A stretch of DNA of 63,979 nucleotides, counting the filler, from Circinaria calcarea (taxonomy: Eukaryota): NCBI GenBank assembly GCA_051942165.1. It is 3 parts of 3 records of this genome, joined end to end, with 100 filler letters (N's around TTAATTAATTAA, not from the genome) between each part and the next. Parts side by side here need not be neighbours in the genome. Positions count along the whole stretch, not along the records: positions 22,269 to 44,401 come from JAVECS010000131.1; 2 more parts are not named here. The stretch is one strand, 5' to 3'. Positions 22,668 through 36,368 of this stretch are shown piece by piece; position 1 is the first letter of the stretch, and the number at the start of each line of letters is the position of its first letter. Below the pieces are notes generated by a model, which saw nothing but the letters and a program-made list of their open reading frames with translations, was not told where the DNA came from and made no database searches. The position numbers and the translations under genes are program-made.

Positions 22668-24081
22668 TCCTTGGGAGCTAAGCAGCAAGCTGCTAACTCT
22701 ACCAGAATACCCCATAGTGCAATGAAAAGGTTTGGTGCTCAGAAATTCGAATTACTATATGCAGTTGCCAAGCCCCACGTGCCGCCCTGTACTAGGGCTA
22801 TCGTGAAACTAGGGAAGACCCCTAGATTGTTCACCGTTTTGGCATCCGTGGGGATCACCCACCAGCTATTCCTTTTCAGACTTTGACACTGCTGTAACCT
22901 GTAATCACCGAATCGACACCATCGATTTATTAGATATATTTACTGTGGTCGCACGCATAACAAATGTTAGCGCAGGTTTCGATCAACTCCGGTATATTTA
23001 GCAAAAGCTGTATAAACTCCTATAAAAAGGGGGTGTAATACGGGGGGCCTCTTCCGGTGTATATTCTGTTTTTCTATATGGAATCAACTGTCGTCTGGGC
23101 CTTCTATGAACATTGCAAGAAATACCACGCTAACATCTATTATATCTACGACCACAGTATATATAGTTTTCAATGGCGTCTTCTTCGAACGGGAAAAAAC
23201 CAATGAACTCGAACTTTAAGAAGGGTAATCGACGAGCACATCGACGACATTCGGAGATGGACAACAGACATAGATGGACCAAGCGAGAGAAGAAGCAGCT
23301 GGCACCACCGTAAGCATTTGTAGCAGACTTCTCCCGCTGATGGCTTACTTTCCTTGGGAATCGTAGGAAAGATAGGACAAACACTGATCAGCATGAACGC
23401 GTCCAAGACGGCCCCCTGATAGCGGAGAGCACCCACCATCAAGAGAATCGGGTCGAGATTACTCCCGTGCAGCCCAACCATAAAATCCCAAGGTTTCTTC
23501 CGGAAGAAGATACCTCTGAACTGCTACCAGAAAAGGACCCGTTTGAATGTAGCACATGGATAGACCAGAACCATTTGGCGGAGACCGGTCCATTTGGAGA
23601 TGTTGTCTATCCGTTAGAAAGAGCTGGTCAAGAGGCCCGAGAAAAGGAGGATGTTGAGAGTGTCAAGGGTGATAAAGACATTAGAGAGCAGGAGGATCTT
23701 GAAACTGTATGTGTCTCGGGTATATTCTGAATAATAGCAGACCCTAACTTGCAACTCAAGTTCATCGCTAGTATCACCAATCATTCGGCCGCCTTCCACC
23801 ATGGTGGAAATAACTTATTCGTTATCGGCCTTGAGTCTCATATGGACCGAGATCCTTTCCGCAGTTCCCACCATGGTGGAACTGCGGAGATGACCCCTTC
23901 CAACCATATTCTCATTCAATGGCCACTGTACCATCTGCCTCTCTTCCGCTTTTTACGGGCGGCTGCGGCCTTGTCGCCTTGCATCCAAGGGAAATCTAGT
24001 GTGATCCATCCCAATTGTTTGCCAAAACTCGAGGATCATGCGTATACGCGGAACCAAAAACGGCGGAGAACCCCTCCAGTT

Positions 24082-24807
24082 CTATTTGATTGTCGGCCAA
24101 AGTGCAAGTCTATTCGACTTGATGGTATCAAAGATCGACAATACTTGGTTTCTGATTTCGAGGTACCGCACCGTCGATAGGCCCGCACTTTTCACAAACG
24201 ACCGCTCTACTGCATGTTGGAGGAGATGGAGATGACGATCCTCCAGGTATTCGGCTTGGGGATGTGGTTCAACTCCAATGTAATGCAACCGCTTCCCGAT
24301 TGAGCGGCCGAAGTCCTCGGCCTCACTGATGGTGATGAGCGGATCAGGGAACCTTCTTTGATTTCCTGACGTGAGTCTTAGAGGAAGAGGTGCGCGACAA
24401 ATTCGCTCGTGCATGATACATGCTTTCTGCTTTCCTGTAACGTCTTTATAAATGAGACATACCGCCATCCTGTTGTTCTCTTTTTCCCCCTTCCGAAGAG
24501 GATGAACAGATATGCCCAATACTCGCAGATCTACCGATAATTGTGATGACGCCTCACTTGTGGTTGAGTTATTGTCTTGTTTGCTCTCGTCTCGAGCAGA
24601 GCGATAGGGCGAGTCCGGAGTAGGTTCGTCCTCGCTGTCATTGATCACGGAACGCCGCCTATTCCCACCATGGTGGGAAACGGAAAGTTGTTGGTCGATT
24701 TGAGGGTCAAGGCCGACATCGGACAGGTTATTTGCCCCTTGTTGGAAGAGACTCGGCTGGTCGGTGATGCCGGCGTTGGGCTTAGGTTGTAAATTAGTGT
24801 CTGCCAT
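24082..24807 (-). CDS. Hypothetical 241-aa ORF inside a repeat/palindrome island
   Basis: ATG-started open frame. Its 5' ~150 nt is duplicated in inverted orientation at ~23735-23890. No family recognised. Confidence 0.35.
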   Translation of the reverse strand: MADTNLQPKPNAGITDQPSLFQQGANNLSDVGLDPQIDQQLSVSHHGGNRRRSVINDSEDEPTPDSPYRSARDESKQDNNSTTSEASSQLSVDLRVLGISVHPLRKGEKENNRMAVCLIYKDVTGKQKACIMHERICRAPLPLRLTSGNQRRFPDPLITISEAEDFGRSIGKRLHYIGVEPHPQAEYLEDRHLHLLQHAVERSFVKSAGLSTVRYLEIRNQVLSIFDTIKSNRLALWPTIK

Positions 24808-26065
24808 TGCTCAGAACTGTACCTAAGACACATACAGTTTCAACATCATCTCCGCAGTTCCCACATGGTGGGAACTACGGAGAGGATCTTGGGGATTGAC
24901 ATTTCGTCGAGAGCACCACACGCGCTGTGTATGGGACCTAGTTATTGCTTTATTTTTCTGTTCGGATTTGCAGCCAGCTTTGCTATCGCCAATAGAATAG
25001 TGATATTTACATAGCCGGATCAAAATTCTGTTCGAGCACTAGCTGTCGGTTGGGTGGTGAAGCCTTCACCCAAGGGATCACACTGGGCGTCTTCTTCCTC
25101 GTCGTCGATACCTAGTTTCACTTCCAAAGTACTTTTCCCCATAACAAAATAGTAGCAGTTCAGCAGGTTCCTAGGTGCTTACCAGTAACTTATTAATAAC
25201 TTGCCACAACCCTAATCAGCCCGTGTAACAGGCACCACCAACTACCGTACGCACCAGACCCTTTCACTGGTCAACCAGGTCTCAGACCTTTCGCATTATT
25301 TAGTTATTTGCTAGTGCTTTTCTACTTCACGGGCACAAACTCACATATTCTATTTGGAGTACTGTGGTGGAGCCAAGGCGACTAATGGCTGGGCGCGCAT
25401 ATGGAACGGGGCAGGCAGGCATGCATGGAGGACTCCGACATCTTACATACACACTCTTTTTTACACGCATAGCATAGCAGCATAGCAGTCAGTCCATATC
25501 ATATACCCTTTGATTCTTTATTATTCAGGCCCTTACTACCTACCCATTCTCGACAGCGTCTTTGCCTATACCATACCTTAGGAGCATAGCGGAGCACCCT
25601 ATTTCCTCTACATTGTTACATTTTGTTTTCAAATTCCTACTTCGATAGCAGCGGTTCCGGCCTGCCCCACTGTTGATTTAGAAATTGTAATAAACGAAAC
25701 CATTTTTATTTTCCTACACGTATTATGACATATTAAAGCCAGCTGGTTTAAAAAAATAGCAATTTTCTAGAAAATATTTTTATATTTTAATAAATATTTT
25801 TTTTAAAATCATCATCATCGTACAGCTACTGTATCTAGGAAGGCTTATCTATCTGGAATAAGGCAAAGGCAGAGGATTAGGTAACTGCGTAAGTAAAACC
25901 CCGGGTATCAACGTCCTCAAGCTCCCCTTTTCCAGACTATCCTATCCTATCCAACGAAAAGCGACGTAGGTATCGGTCATAGGCGCATTGGCGTACCCAA
26001 AAGCTAAATTCCCATCATCTCCATACATACACCCCATACCTTCCCCAACAAGAGAAACCGAAAAC

Positions 26066-28925
26066 CTAACTCACGCTCACAAACTGCCCGATACCCGGCA
26101 CACCGTCGCAAAGCACATAGACCACATAAGGTCCCGGCGGCGCCACGTTTCGATTCGGCGGCATCTTGACCGTCAACTTCTGGCCCGTCTTGCCGGGATT
26201 GAAACCCGTGGTATCCAGATACGCCATCCGATGGTTCATGTGTAAGCTATGCGTGACGAAGCCACCGTGGTAGAGCGCCACCTGGACGGTCTTGGCACCC
26301 GCAGGAGCGGTGAAGGTAAGGGTAAAAGTGGCGCCGGTGGCCTTAAGGGAGAGGGAGCTGAGGGTGATTTTGGTGGGACGTCGGTTTGCGTTGGCACCTT
26401 GGAGGTACGACGGTGTGTAGATTTCCACACGGAATTCGGTGATGTAGTCTTCCGAGGGGACTTGGTTGGGTACGGGGGTGAGAATGGGCATTTCAACGGG
26501 GTTGGAGCCGGCGACTAGGACGGTCCCGTCTAGAAGGAGAAGCGCGACAGAGTGGTAGAGCCGTGCAATGGTAGATGTGGCACCGGTGCTCCAACGTTGA
26601 CCGAGCGGTTTGGTAGGGGTGTAAATAAGAGATTCGTAGGTTGGGTTGGAGGCGATGCCGAAGCCTTGAGCGCCGCGATTGCAGCCATTTAGGAAGAGGA
26701 CGGTACCGTCGGGGAGGAGAGTGCCTTCAACCATACCGCGACCTTCGGGCATCGAGTCCATTTCCCAGGCGGGATTGGCGGAGAGAGGCTGGATGCGACC
26801 GCAGCTGGGATCGGTTGGACTGGTAATGTCTTGGTAGGCACCTCCTCCGCAGATGATGACGTCTGGAGCCCAGTTGTTGGCGCTCGAAAGTGGCAGAAGC
26901 ACACTGCCACCGGTGTTTGGGTAGGTCCGGTAGTCGCCCGGTAGGTCGGGGAAGGTTTTGATGGTTTTGTTTGTGGCGACGTTGAAGATCTCAGAGGATT
27001 TGGAGACGAAGACGAAAAGGTTTCCGTCATTGAGAAGGTGGATAAATGGATACATGTAGTATGGTTGATTCTTGGCCAGAAGATCCATGGGGACGTTGAC
27101 GCCTTGTGAGATACCCTGATTACTTAGGACCTCATAGGTAGGATTGTTGTTCGCAGGCACGGTAGGGTCCAAACCATTCAAACTGCCACTAGCAACAAAG
27201 ATGGTACCATCAGGCATTGTCTGTGCAGAAGCATACCAACGGGCGCTAGCAAGCTTGTTACCGGGCTCACTCCATGATTGACCGTTAAGGGCGGCACTGG
27301 TCGACGAGCGTTGGAGGTATCTGATAGCATTGAACCCGTCCCCAACGGTGGGATCGATGAAATCCAATGGAGCATTGCCACCAAGAGAGAGCCATCGACC
27401 ATCAGGTAAGAAGGCACCACCGGAGCAAAATGCATTCGTCTGTTCTCAATCAGTATCAACTGTTCAATCAAGGACCGAGTCCCCTTACCTTGTAAGAAAG
27501 CCCAACCACCGTATTTGTTGAAGGATCATACTCTGCAGAGTACGCATACTGCCCGTTGCCAAGCTTGATCTGAGTGTAGTTCTCGACCTTGTCCAAGAAT
27601 ATCACGCGGCCGTTTGGCATCAGTCCTGCGTGCATCGCCGGAACACCTGCTTGACCGACGATCTTGAAGATGCCCGGATTGGCGGCAACCGGTGCAGGTG
27701 AGGGACCCGGAGCTGCAACCACGGGTGACCCGGTGCAAGGTCCACTCTGGCATCCATTACCGCAATGAGAGGCTGTGTTACCGCAGACTACATCTCATCA
27801 GCAATGTCACAGTAGTGAATGTCTTGCTTGATGCTTACATCCGTACATTGAGCAGCAACCACCCTGTGGCCAACTGCCGCAGACTGTATTGGCATTGGCA
27901 GCTCCACAGGTCCCATCCTTGGTGGCAACACCACTCCCCCCTCCTGGAGCAGTTGTAGGGATGGGTAGAACCGGCTCTTGCGTAGCTACCGGAGTAGAAG
28001 GGCTCGGCGGGGGCGCAGTGCCTGTACAACCGTTTTGACAACCGTTAGCAGGCAGACAACTATAACCGAATTAGTATGCCGGTAGTAGAAATGAATGTGA
28101 AGAGACTAACTGTCCAGGTGTAGATCCACAAAATCTATAAGTTAGACGTTCACTATCAGCAAGAGATCTGTATTAAGTGCATATCAGGGTTTGTTTCGTA
28201 CCCATATGATGAGCAACAGCCTCCGTAGGCTCCATTGGCATCGCAAGTTGCCCCTCCAAATCCAGTCCCGCATCTACCATCACTCCGGGGAGCCGTTGAC
28301 GGTGGTGCAGCACTAGGGTTCGTGACCGGCCCAGTCGACGTACCTGTACAGCCAGAAAGACAACCAGTCCCGCAATGAGCTGCAGTGTTCCCACACCATC
28401 CATATGACTGGGGGAGTGTCAGCCCGTAGTCCAGGGGAGCAACGTAAAGCAACATGATGCAACATAGGGCCCCAGAAACTCACCGAGCAGCACGTTCCCT
28501 ACTCCATGTTAGCATTATATGGTTCATCTACCAATGGGATGCTCCGCTCACTGTGTACACTGTGCTTTTCGGGTCGCAGAGAAGATTGCCGTTGGCCGGA
28601 CCACATTTTCCATCTGTCGAATAGTTTGGCGCTTGGCGAGGCTCAATGTGATATTCGATGTGGTGACTGAACGATTGAGGGTACAACAACTCGGGGGGCG
28701 TTATGCCGCATCTTTCCGAGATGATATCAGCCCTGTTACCTCTGACGTTCAGAGCAGAAGAGAAAGGACCTACGATCCATCCGCACGGCAGTATTGACCT
28801 CTCAAGCATCCAGTATACCTCGGCGATTCTCGATCGCATGATAGTTGGACGTGTTTAAAGATGATATTGGCGTAGGTGATTGGGAGGAAGATTCCCACGA
28901 ACGAGCAGAGTACAAGGGTCTTCAT
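26066..28925 (-). CDS. Secreted glyoxal-oxidase-like copper radical oxidase (AA5_1) with three CBM18/hevein chitin-binding modules
   Basis: Signal peptide MKTLVLCSFVGIFLPITYA (ATG 28925). Three DGxCG...CCS.YG.CG...HC..GC modules split over small exons. Catalytic motifs NAFCSGG, RWYASA, ARLYHSVALLL and GFVTHS. Confidence 0.9.
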
Positions 28926-30811
28926 CGTCGTTCTGATTTCGAGCCGTCAGTAAAGACCGTGAAGAGGTAGGGTCGCGCGCGGTGAATTGGGGGAGTTGTG
29001 AATTTTCGGAAGCGCAACGATTGAAAAGTCAACGGTCAATGAGCATATAGCCGAAGCTCGCCAAGGGGAGTGTGATACCCTAATTGCCCGGAATGTGTTG
29101 AAGTAAGGCCACCCGCAATTATCCTCTATTCTCTTCAACGCCCTTGGATCTTCTTTCGTCTAAACGAGAAGGGATATGGAGGCACAAGGAGGCTGAGATT
29201 TCCAAGAAGCAGGAACCCGATGCGAGACTACTTTCATTGAATGCTGTTGGTGCAACAATACGCGGGTGGCAAGTGAACCAGTAGTGACTTTGTATTATCA
29301 ATCTGTACTCACTCTTGGACGTCCACAGTTCCCCCAATCCTATCGCTTCCTGCCCCAATGCCCAAATTGCCCCAATCTCGCTCCCAGAGCTCTCCTAGAT
29401 CTTTCTCAGATGGCCTAAGACTAAGATGATAGATGTACTTCCTCAGGCGGTACCCGGTGGAACTGGCGCAAGATCACTAAAGAGCGTGTGTCGTAGTGAA
29501 ACCCTACGCAAACAAGATCCAAGACCGAAACGAATGGCGGTCGCTCGCAGAAAGAGGAGGAGCGGGGAAGAAGTCGCAGATGAGCAGGTGATTAAGGATT
29601 GTGTGCAAAAGCAGTGAAGAGAAGCACCTCTCACGAGGACACCAGAAAAGAAAGTTGACTTCTTCTCCCTCCCCCGACTGCGCATCCCTATTCCCTATGG
29701 CCTCGATGAAACTCTCCCCCTGACGATGCCCTCCAATGGCCGCTACCCAATCTCCATTCTCGTATATCCGATCGTCATCCGACCCGTTCTTTTATCCGTC
29801 ACACAAAACCCGACCGACCGGAGATTTTTTTTCGAGCGGCTCTTTTAGTCCCAACGCCTTCCTCGTCCGGCGGTTGTACTGTGGGGACGTGATCGTGATG
29901 GGCCCAAGACGCGCCCAGTGGCTAATGCATCCAGCCTAAAGCCAGGGTCAGGTGGCCGGCAAAACGCAGCCAAAATGCAGTCAACCAGGCGCCGATCAAA
30001 AAATCCTTCGTCTCCAGCCACTCAGCATCCTCCTGTTCCTGCATATCGACCGGGGGAACCCACTGATTGCTAAAGTAACTCAGCTCGTGCATCGTCTTTC
30101 TCGGTTGCCGGGTGAAAGCGCGCGAAAAGGTTCCAGGCGGGGAATATCAGCACAATTGGAGTTCATATCCCATTAGTGCTGCTTCCGGCTGACCTGGTGG
30201 TTTCCCCGTCCTGTGTTCTCGGGGTACCAAGAAACGGTCGTTCGTTTGATCTGATTCTATTTTATTCTATTCTGGCCGTCCCTTTGACGCTGTTATACCA
30301 AGGAGAGCCAAAGTACCCGTTCCGTCCTCTACCGAGTATCCCGATCTCTACTCCGTAAACGCGCCCATCCCATGCACTTCGAACCCTCAACCCCCCAACC
30401 CGCAGAAAGGCGGGCGGTAAGGCGGGCGGTAAGAATAACCGTATGTATGCACAGATGGAAAATCTCGCAACCCCTGCAGGGGGCCAGGCAGCCCAAGCGT
30501 GAAAAAGCTTAACCGGGGGTTTCAGGAGGCGAATGGGGTTTAAGATTGGAAATTAAAAAGGGGGCGGGGCGATTATATAATCTCATTTTTCGGGGGACGA
30601 GGTTCTAATTGGTCGGAGTCTCTGAAAATTCATTTATCTTTGATCGTTTCCCGTAGATTCAAGACCCGGCCAAACGGCTTAGGTTCAGTGTCTCGAGAAT
30701 CTATCCGTGGTATTGGTCTCGTACTCGTGACCGTCATCACTCATGAATCATGTCTCCCCAAAGATCCCAACACCGTCCATATGCACGCTGAAACGCTACC
30801 GGCTCTCGACC

Positions 30812-33389
30812 TTACAGCTGTCCCGCTGCTGTCACCATGTCTCGCCCGTCCAACCTTTCCGCCGTATCCACCCCCCAGGCTTCCCGTCCGTCTCGTGCCC
30901 GGAACGCCCCAAAGGCAAACCTCCTGTCTTCACGTTGTCCCTTGGGTCGGCTGAGTAGCCGTGTCACCAAATCGATCCTGCTGTGCGGGTCTCGAAAGGC
31001 TGCATCGCCGCACAGTGAACTCGGATACCCGAGGCTGATGATGTTGCCGAGAACACGGATGTTGTACGGCAGGTACCTCTTTCGCGTAGGCCAAATGACG
31101 AGGAAGGAAAGAGCGTAGATGACGACGAACACCACCAGAGCATTGTAGGCAGGCACACAGGCAGCTTCCCGCACCGATTGGCTGCCAACGAAGAATTGGG
31201 CGGTGAAGACACCTCCGGCCAGAATGGGTAGAGTGATTGACATGAGGCCGACGAATGAAACCCAGGCCACCTTGTAATGGCGCGCAAGAGCCGCCTTGAC
31301 CGTGACGACTACTGGAAGGCCGCTGCCGTAATCGAGGAGGAGCGAATCCTGGGCGACGGCTCCGTCCGACTTAGCAAGGTTTGCAAAGGGTTCTAGAGTG
31401 CGGAATGTAACGTCGATCGACTGCCAAAAGAGAAATAGAATCATGCTGAGTAGAGATGGGATGAAGCTATAGAGGAAATTGGCGGGGGAAAAGCCAAGGC
31501 TGGTGGTAGGCGCCGGAAGACCGGGTGGGAATCCATTCTGGACGGCTCGGTTGACGAAACTAACGACAAGAAAGGCGATCAGGAGGACTATAGCGATGAC
31601 CATCCACGCTACCACCCATGTTTCGCTTAAGAACCAGGGGATGTAAAGGTACCGCATAGCGGACGACGGGTGACCGGGTCGTTGGCTTTCAAGGTCGACG
31701 CCGGTTGGATTGAGAGGGCTGCCTTCTTGCCCGCTGCCCGTTCCATTATCTTTTTCTCGGTCCGGGTATGATACGTGTTCATGGTCTTCACCAATGCCGT
31801 AAAACGCTTCGCCTAGTCTGCTAGACCTTGTCCAATACCCAAGTCGAAGATTCCTCCATTTTTGTAGATCCGGTAGGCCATCTCCCGGAACATCAGATGC
31901 AGATAGCGCATCAGAGCGTTGTAGTAATACAAAAATGTCGGCTAGAGATACCGGGTCCCATTTCAGTCCTGTGGTTGTTCGTGCAAATCGGAGGTAAAGA
32001 AGGATAAGAGCAATTATTAGATAGAAGTAAAGGACAATCAGCACCCAAGCTATAGGCTGCACTGTTGACCATATCCAAACGCCTTGCGATGAAAGGGTAT
32101 AAAGTCGAGTCTGAAACAGAGAGCTCTGTAAGGGTATCGTAAAAAGACCGAGCCACAATAACACCAAGGCTGTAGTAACTAAAGGTTCTCCATGCTTGAG
32201 AAAAGACAAATTGGGTATCATAAAGTTCGTTTGAACCGTCGCGATGTTGTAGAGATATCCGGATGACCGTTTTGGTCGGTCGGAAGCCAAAAGCGTAAAA
32301 GGCAGAATGCGGTGAACAGCACGCTGAATGACCAGAGTCCAAATGACTATGATGCTTGCTAGAATCTGCGGCAAGAACTCAAAAACAAAGTAACGGCTTG
32401 TCCCAACACCATCATACTGCCATAGACCGTTGTTCTTCGATGACCACGCGCTGCAGAAAATTAGGGCAGCGATCATCAGGATACAACAGAATATCAATCC
32501 AAGGACGGAAGGCAATCGGAGGGAGCTTGGAAGAAAGTCCAGTTTTGGGTATCGACGGACATTAGGAGATGGATCCGCGGGATGATTATTGTGCACGATT
32601 GGAGTATTGTCGGCGGCTGCGAGCGATGTCTGGGCCTGAGGGATGATCGGTTGAGGTCCTAGAGGTTCTGACGCATGCAATTGTTCTCGAGTTGGGATGG
32701 GACAATTGGGCATCTGCCTGTCTTCTGCCGAGGGCGGCATTCCGTCTTCTAGATCGCTTGCCGCACGAATTCTGTTCGGGTTGATAGGGGGAATTGGCGG
32801 AGCGGTGGAAAGTTCAAATTGACCGTCTGCATGTTCGGAGAAGGAATCTTCACTTCCAGCTCGCTGCCTCCGTCTCCCTAGCAGTTCTTCATCCCTGGTC
32901 AATTGATCGATGGCGAACTGAATATAGGGAGTGTCGTCTACCCCAGGGGTGGGAGGGCTGACTTCGCTGACAGAGGGTCTCCACGTCCTTGAATTCCTGG
33001 CAGTCGGCTCCGGATTCCTGAGGATGGCCTCATTGTCAAATCTTGCAGTCCGCGGTGTCCTCCTTTCCATATCGAGGTTTTCTTCTGACCCGGTCATTGG
33101 TTGAGCGTGCTGTACCTGCAATAGGTCTCGACTGGTGTTGGGCGAGCGCATTTGTGAAGGGGGCGTTCGGTATCGTACAATGGTTGTCCGGTCGCTTTCG
33201 GCGGAGACCTCAGAGGCATGGTCGGAAAAGGAGTAGTAATCATCTGAAGCGGCCACTGATTGTTTCGAAGGAGTGTGGGCGAGGTGTGGTTTGCTAGCTG
33301 TGAAATGTTAGCAAGGCTCGCAAGGCTGGATGGAGGCTACCGGTCGGCTCACTGTTGACAGTGTTCAAATGCACGCTACCCAAATTCAT
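30812..33389 (-). CDS. Multi-pass membrane protein, DUF3433-like
   Basis: Two repeated TM bundles ending in ..LPF..LA / ..LEPF.NLA..G...SLLLDY. Also TGLKWDPVSLAD and PGVDDTPYIQFAIDQLTRDEE. First exon 33389-33353, intron 33352-33298. Confidence 0.75.
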
Positions 33390-34314
33390 TTCGATCGTGA
33401 AGAGGTGAATGATTATGATTACTACTGTACAGGTGAATGAAGACGTGCATGATGCCGCCGAAGAATGTTGAATACATAGTGAGCGGTGAATGCGTGAGGC
33501 TGTCAATGAAAGGGGATGGCTGGGCCGGGGCGCACAGGTGGTTGGGCGAGTTGGGGACAGCCTCCGGCGCAAACGAGATTGGCATCTGCGAGAGAGCAAC
33601 CCGATCACGATTTACTTTACACGTCACACTGCTAAACTTGGAAAATTTGAGCATCCCCGTTACATATCGGGCTTGATTGAGCTTGTCTGATGTATTCGTG
33701 ATTAAGCATCCCTTGCTGGCCAGGTTGTCTGCGGTTCAGGGGACTCTGTTCTCTAGCAGCAGAACAGCGACCACTCCGGAGACCTCGGACACACTATCAT
33801 TGTAAATTTGAAGACTTCATTGCATTGTTTCTCAGCATACAGAATGCCCCTATGCACTGCAGACAATGACCCTATCCCGCCGTAGCCAATCCCTCTGGCC
33901 TAGAAGAACAGATGCGGTCAACGAAGGACACCCACGCAAAATATGGTTGAGGCGGAACACTCCACAGAGTGAATCGCGTGCTACTTCATGGTTCAACCGC
34001 ATTAGTTCCGGACCAATATCAAATAGCGTGGCAGCCTTCAATTCTACTGGGAGTTCTCGCTTAACTAGGGCTAGCTTAAGAGACGGTTTGTTGCCAGATG
34101 GGCCTGGTTGTGATGTTGCTAGTCATGAAAATGAAGGCAGACAGTATCTCCAATGCGAGTAGAATATGAGAGTAGATCGTGGAAATGGCCATATCTAATG
34201 CAATTGGTACTCTCGAAAGAGGTTTTCTATGAGTAGTGATGTCAATATTCTATACATGCATATATCTATCGCAATGGAGCGCGAGAGTTCCCTCCTTCTA
34301 TTGATGACAGTCAA

Positions 34315-36368
34315 TCAGCCTTCGAAGACACTATGGTTCAACTCCACCCCAAAGTCTTTCGCCATATGCTTCATTTGCAACTCGATGTCGTCCTCCATCC
34401 CACCTCCCATGCCGAAGAATTGCTTGATCTTACTGCCATAGAATACAACATCGCTGCTGAAAAGTACAAACTTGAAAATCAGATGCCTTCCGAGGTTCTT
34501 CAGCTTCTCACCATACGTCAGATCCGGACTTTCGACCAGACTCCGAGACGCCCAGTTACCAGTTATTTTAATGCGGTTGACGGGAGATCCCAAGTATTGG
34601 TTGTTCCCCTGAACGATACGTAGGTTCCGGCCGATGAAAATGAGCTCCTGTGGCCATTTCTTTTCGTCACCTAGGATATCCCTAATCCCTTTCCGCATCT
34701 TTTGCTGCATCTCATAGGCACGTTCTGCCTGCTCTCTCTTTGATAACTTCCTTATTTCTCTCGAGGTACTCTGGTCACCGCCGGTATATGGACGCATGAG
34801 AGTGGCGGAAGCAAAGATGTCAGCATTCTTAATGCCCCAGCCCTCGACTATCTCACCAAGCATCTTGTTATCAAAAGTCATCAGGCTTTTCCAGAAAAGA
34901 CAGTATTGATGGCGAAAGTCAGGCTTCATGTTTATGTAAAGGCCGTGGTCGATCAAAACTAGCTCTGGCTTTCCAGATGGCAACCGTCGAATGAAGATAT
35001 TCCCAGGATGTGGATCACAATGTACGAAGCCCCAAAGGAACATTTGCGCGGAGAATAGATCAACCATGGTGGTCATCACATCTTTGAGAGATAATCCAAG
35101 ACCTCCCTTGCCATCTTCACCTTTCCATGATTCCCTGTTGGGTTTGATTCTCTCTTGCACCAAATTGCTGTGTATACTCATCATGGTTTCCTCCTGACCG
35201 GGGGTATCAAGACTTGTCCCCTGACAACCAGGGCTTCCTTGCCTTCGTTTCCCTCGCCAAGGTCTTGTTAGACTTTCCTTGTCCCATAGTCGTACACCCT
35301 CGATCCATTCTGCAGTCATAACTCGCTTGGAGCTCAGCTCCCTGTAGACCTTTGGAATATATACACGCCCTCTTAGGCGGGATTCGCCTGCCACAAGTTT
35401 TGCCATGCGCTCAGAATTATCAGCCTCGTTTTGGAAATCTGTTTCTAACAACAAACGCTCTGATATATACGGTACCAAACTATATAAGGGAAGGTCGAAG
35501 ATCTTGGTATATATATATGTTACAACCCTACATCTAGATTAGCCATCTGCCAACATTGTTTATACCGCTCAGGACCTTACTTGAATGTCCACAGATCCCA
35601 TCCAACCTGCGATGCAATCTCCCACTTCTGGACCTTAATCGCTACTTCCCGACCATCTTTCAACTTTGCCCAGTGCACTTGCGCAACGCTGGCACTTGCC
35701 CTAGCTTTTCTTTCCATCACTCCCATGCCCGTTTCCCCAGTAAAGCTGACGCCAAACACTTCTTCTGGGGTTTTACCAAAGTCCTCCCGGATAACCTGCT
35801 CCACTTCCGTCCATGTATTTTGGGGAGCGTCGTCAAACATTTTGGCAAACATTTCCTGGAACTCGGGAGGAAGAATAGCAGATTGCATGGCGATTGCCTG
35901 CCCGATCTTAAGATATAATCCCCCATTATTACGGAGGAGTTCGAAGAGACGTTCAGCGTTGCGATGGTGGAGGGCAGCTATCGAATCTGCCAGCGGAGGG
36001 TGAGGACGGAAGTTGATTTTGTAATCGATGGCAACTAATGAGCCGAGGGCGAAAGTACGTGTGCTGCGGGCTATCGACGAGGCATAAAACTGTCTGTCGA
36101 TTCCATACAACAGCCCGACGCCCCCGGCAAGGTACAAGAGGCGACGACCCCATTTTCGAGTGCGTCGGTAAGTCTTCGGAGGAGCCGGTTTGGGGAGAGA
36201 GCCAGGTGGTGTAGGGGCAAACGCTTGGTATTGCTGGGTTTGGAGGAACCTCTTAGGGAGTAGAAAGCGTCCGTATTTGGGAATAGTTGACCGCTGGGAT
36301 TGGAGAATACTTGCCGTTGTCGATGATTTCAAGCAGCGCGAACATTCACCAGCCAAAGGGGTGAGCAT
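34315..36368 (-). CDS. ABC1/aarF (ADCK1/Mcp2-like) atypical protein kinase, probably mitochondrial
   Basis: Motifs NGGLYLKIGQ, ASASVAQVH, VAIKVQ, VHCDPHPGN and LIDHG. Intron 35580-35528. Arg-rich N-terminus. Confidence 0.9.

Noticed and set aside
22885..25230. Possible LTR boundaries (TGT...TGTAACA)
   Set aside because: No paired LTRs, target duplication or gag/pol motifs could be found.
21696..28925. Apparent copper cluster (BIM1-like gene near the AA5 copper oxidase)
   Set aside because: The genes lie on different contigs joined by an artificial linker, so adjacency and distance are unverified.
30409..30433. 12-bp tandem duplication AAGGCGGGCGGT (similar 12-bp duplication near 45330)
   Set aside because: Two copies only; consistent with ordinary slippage.
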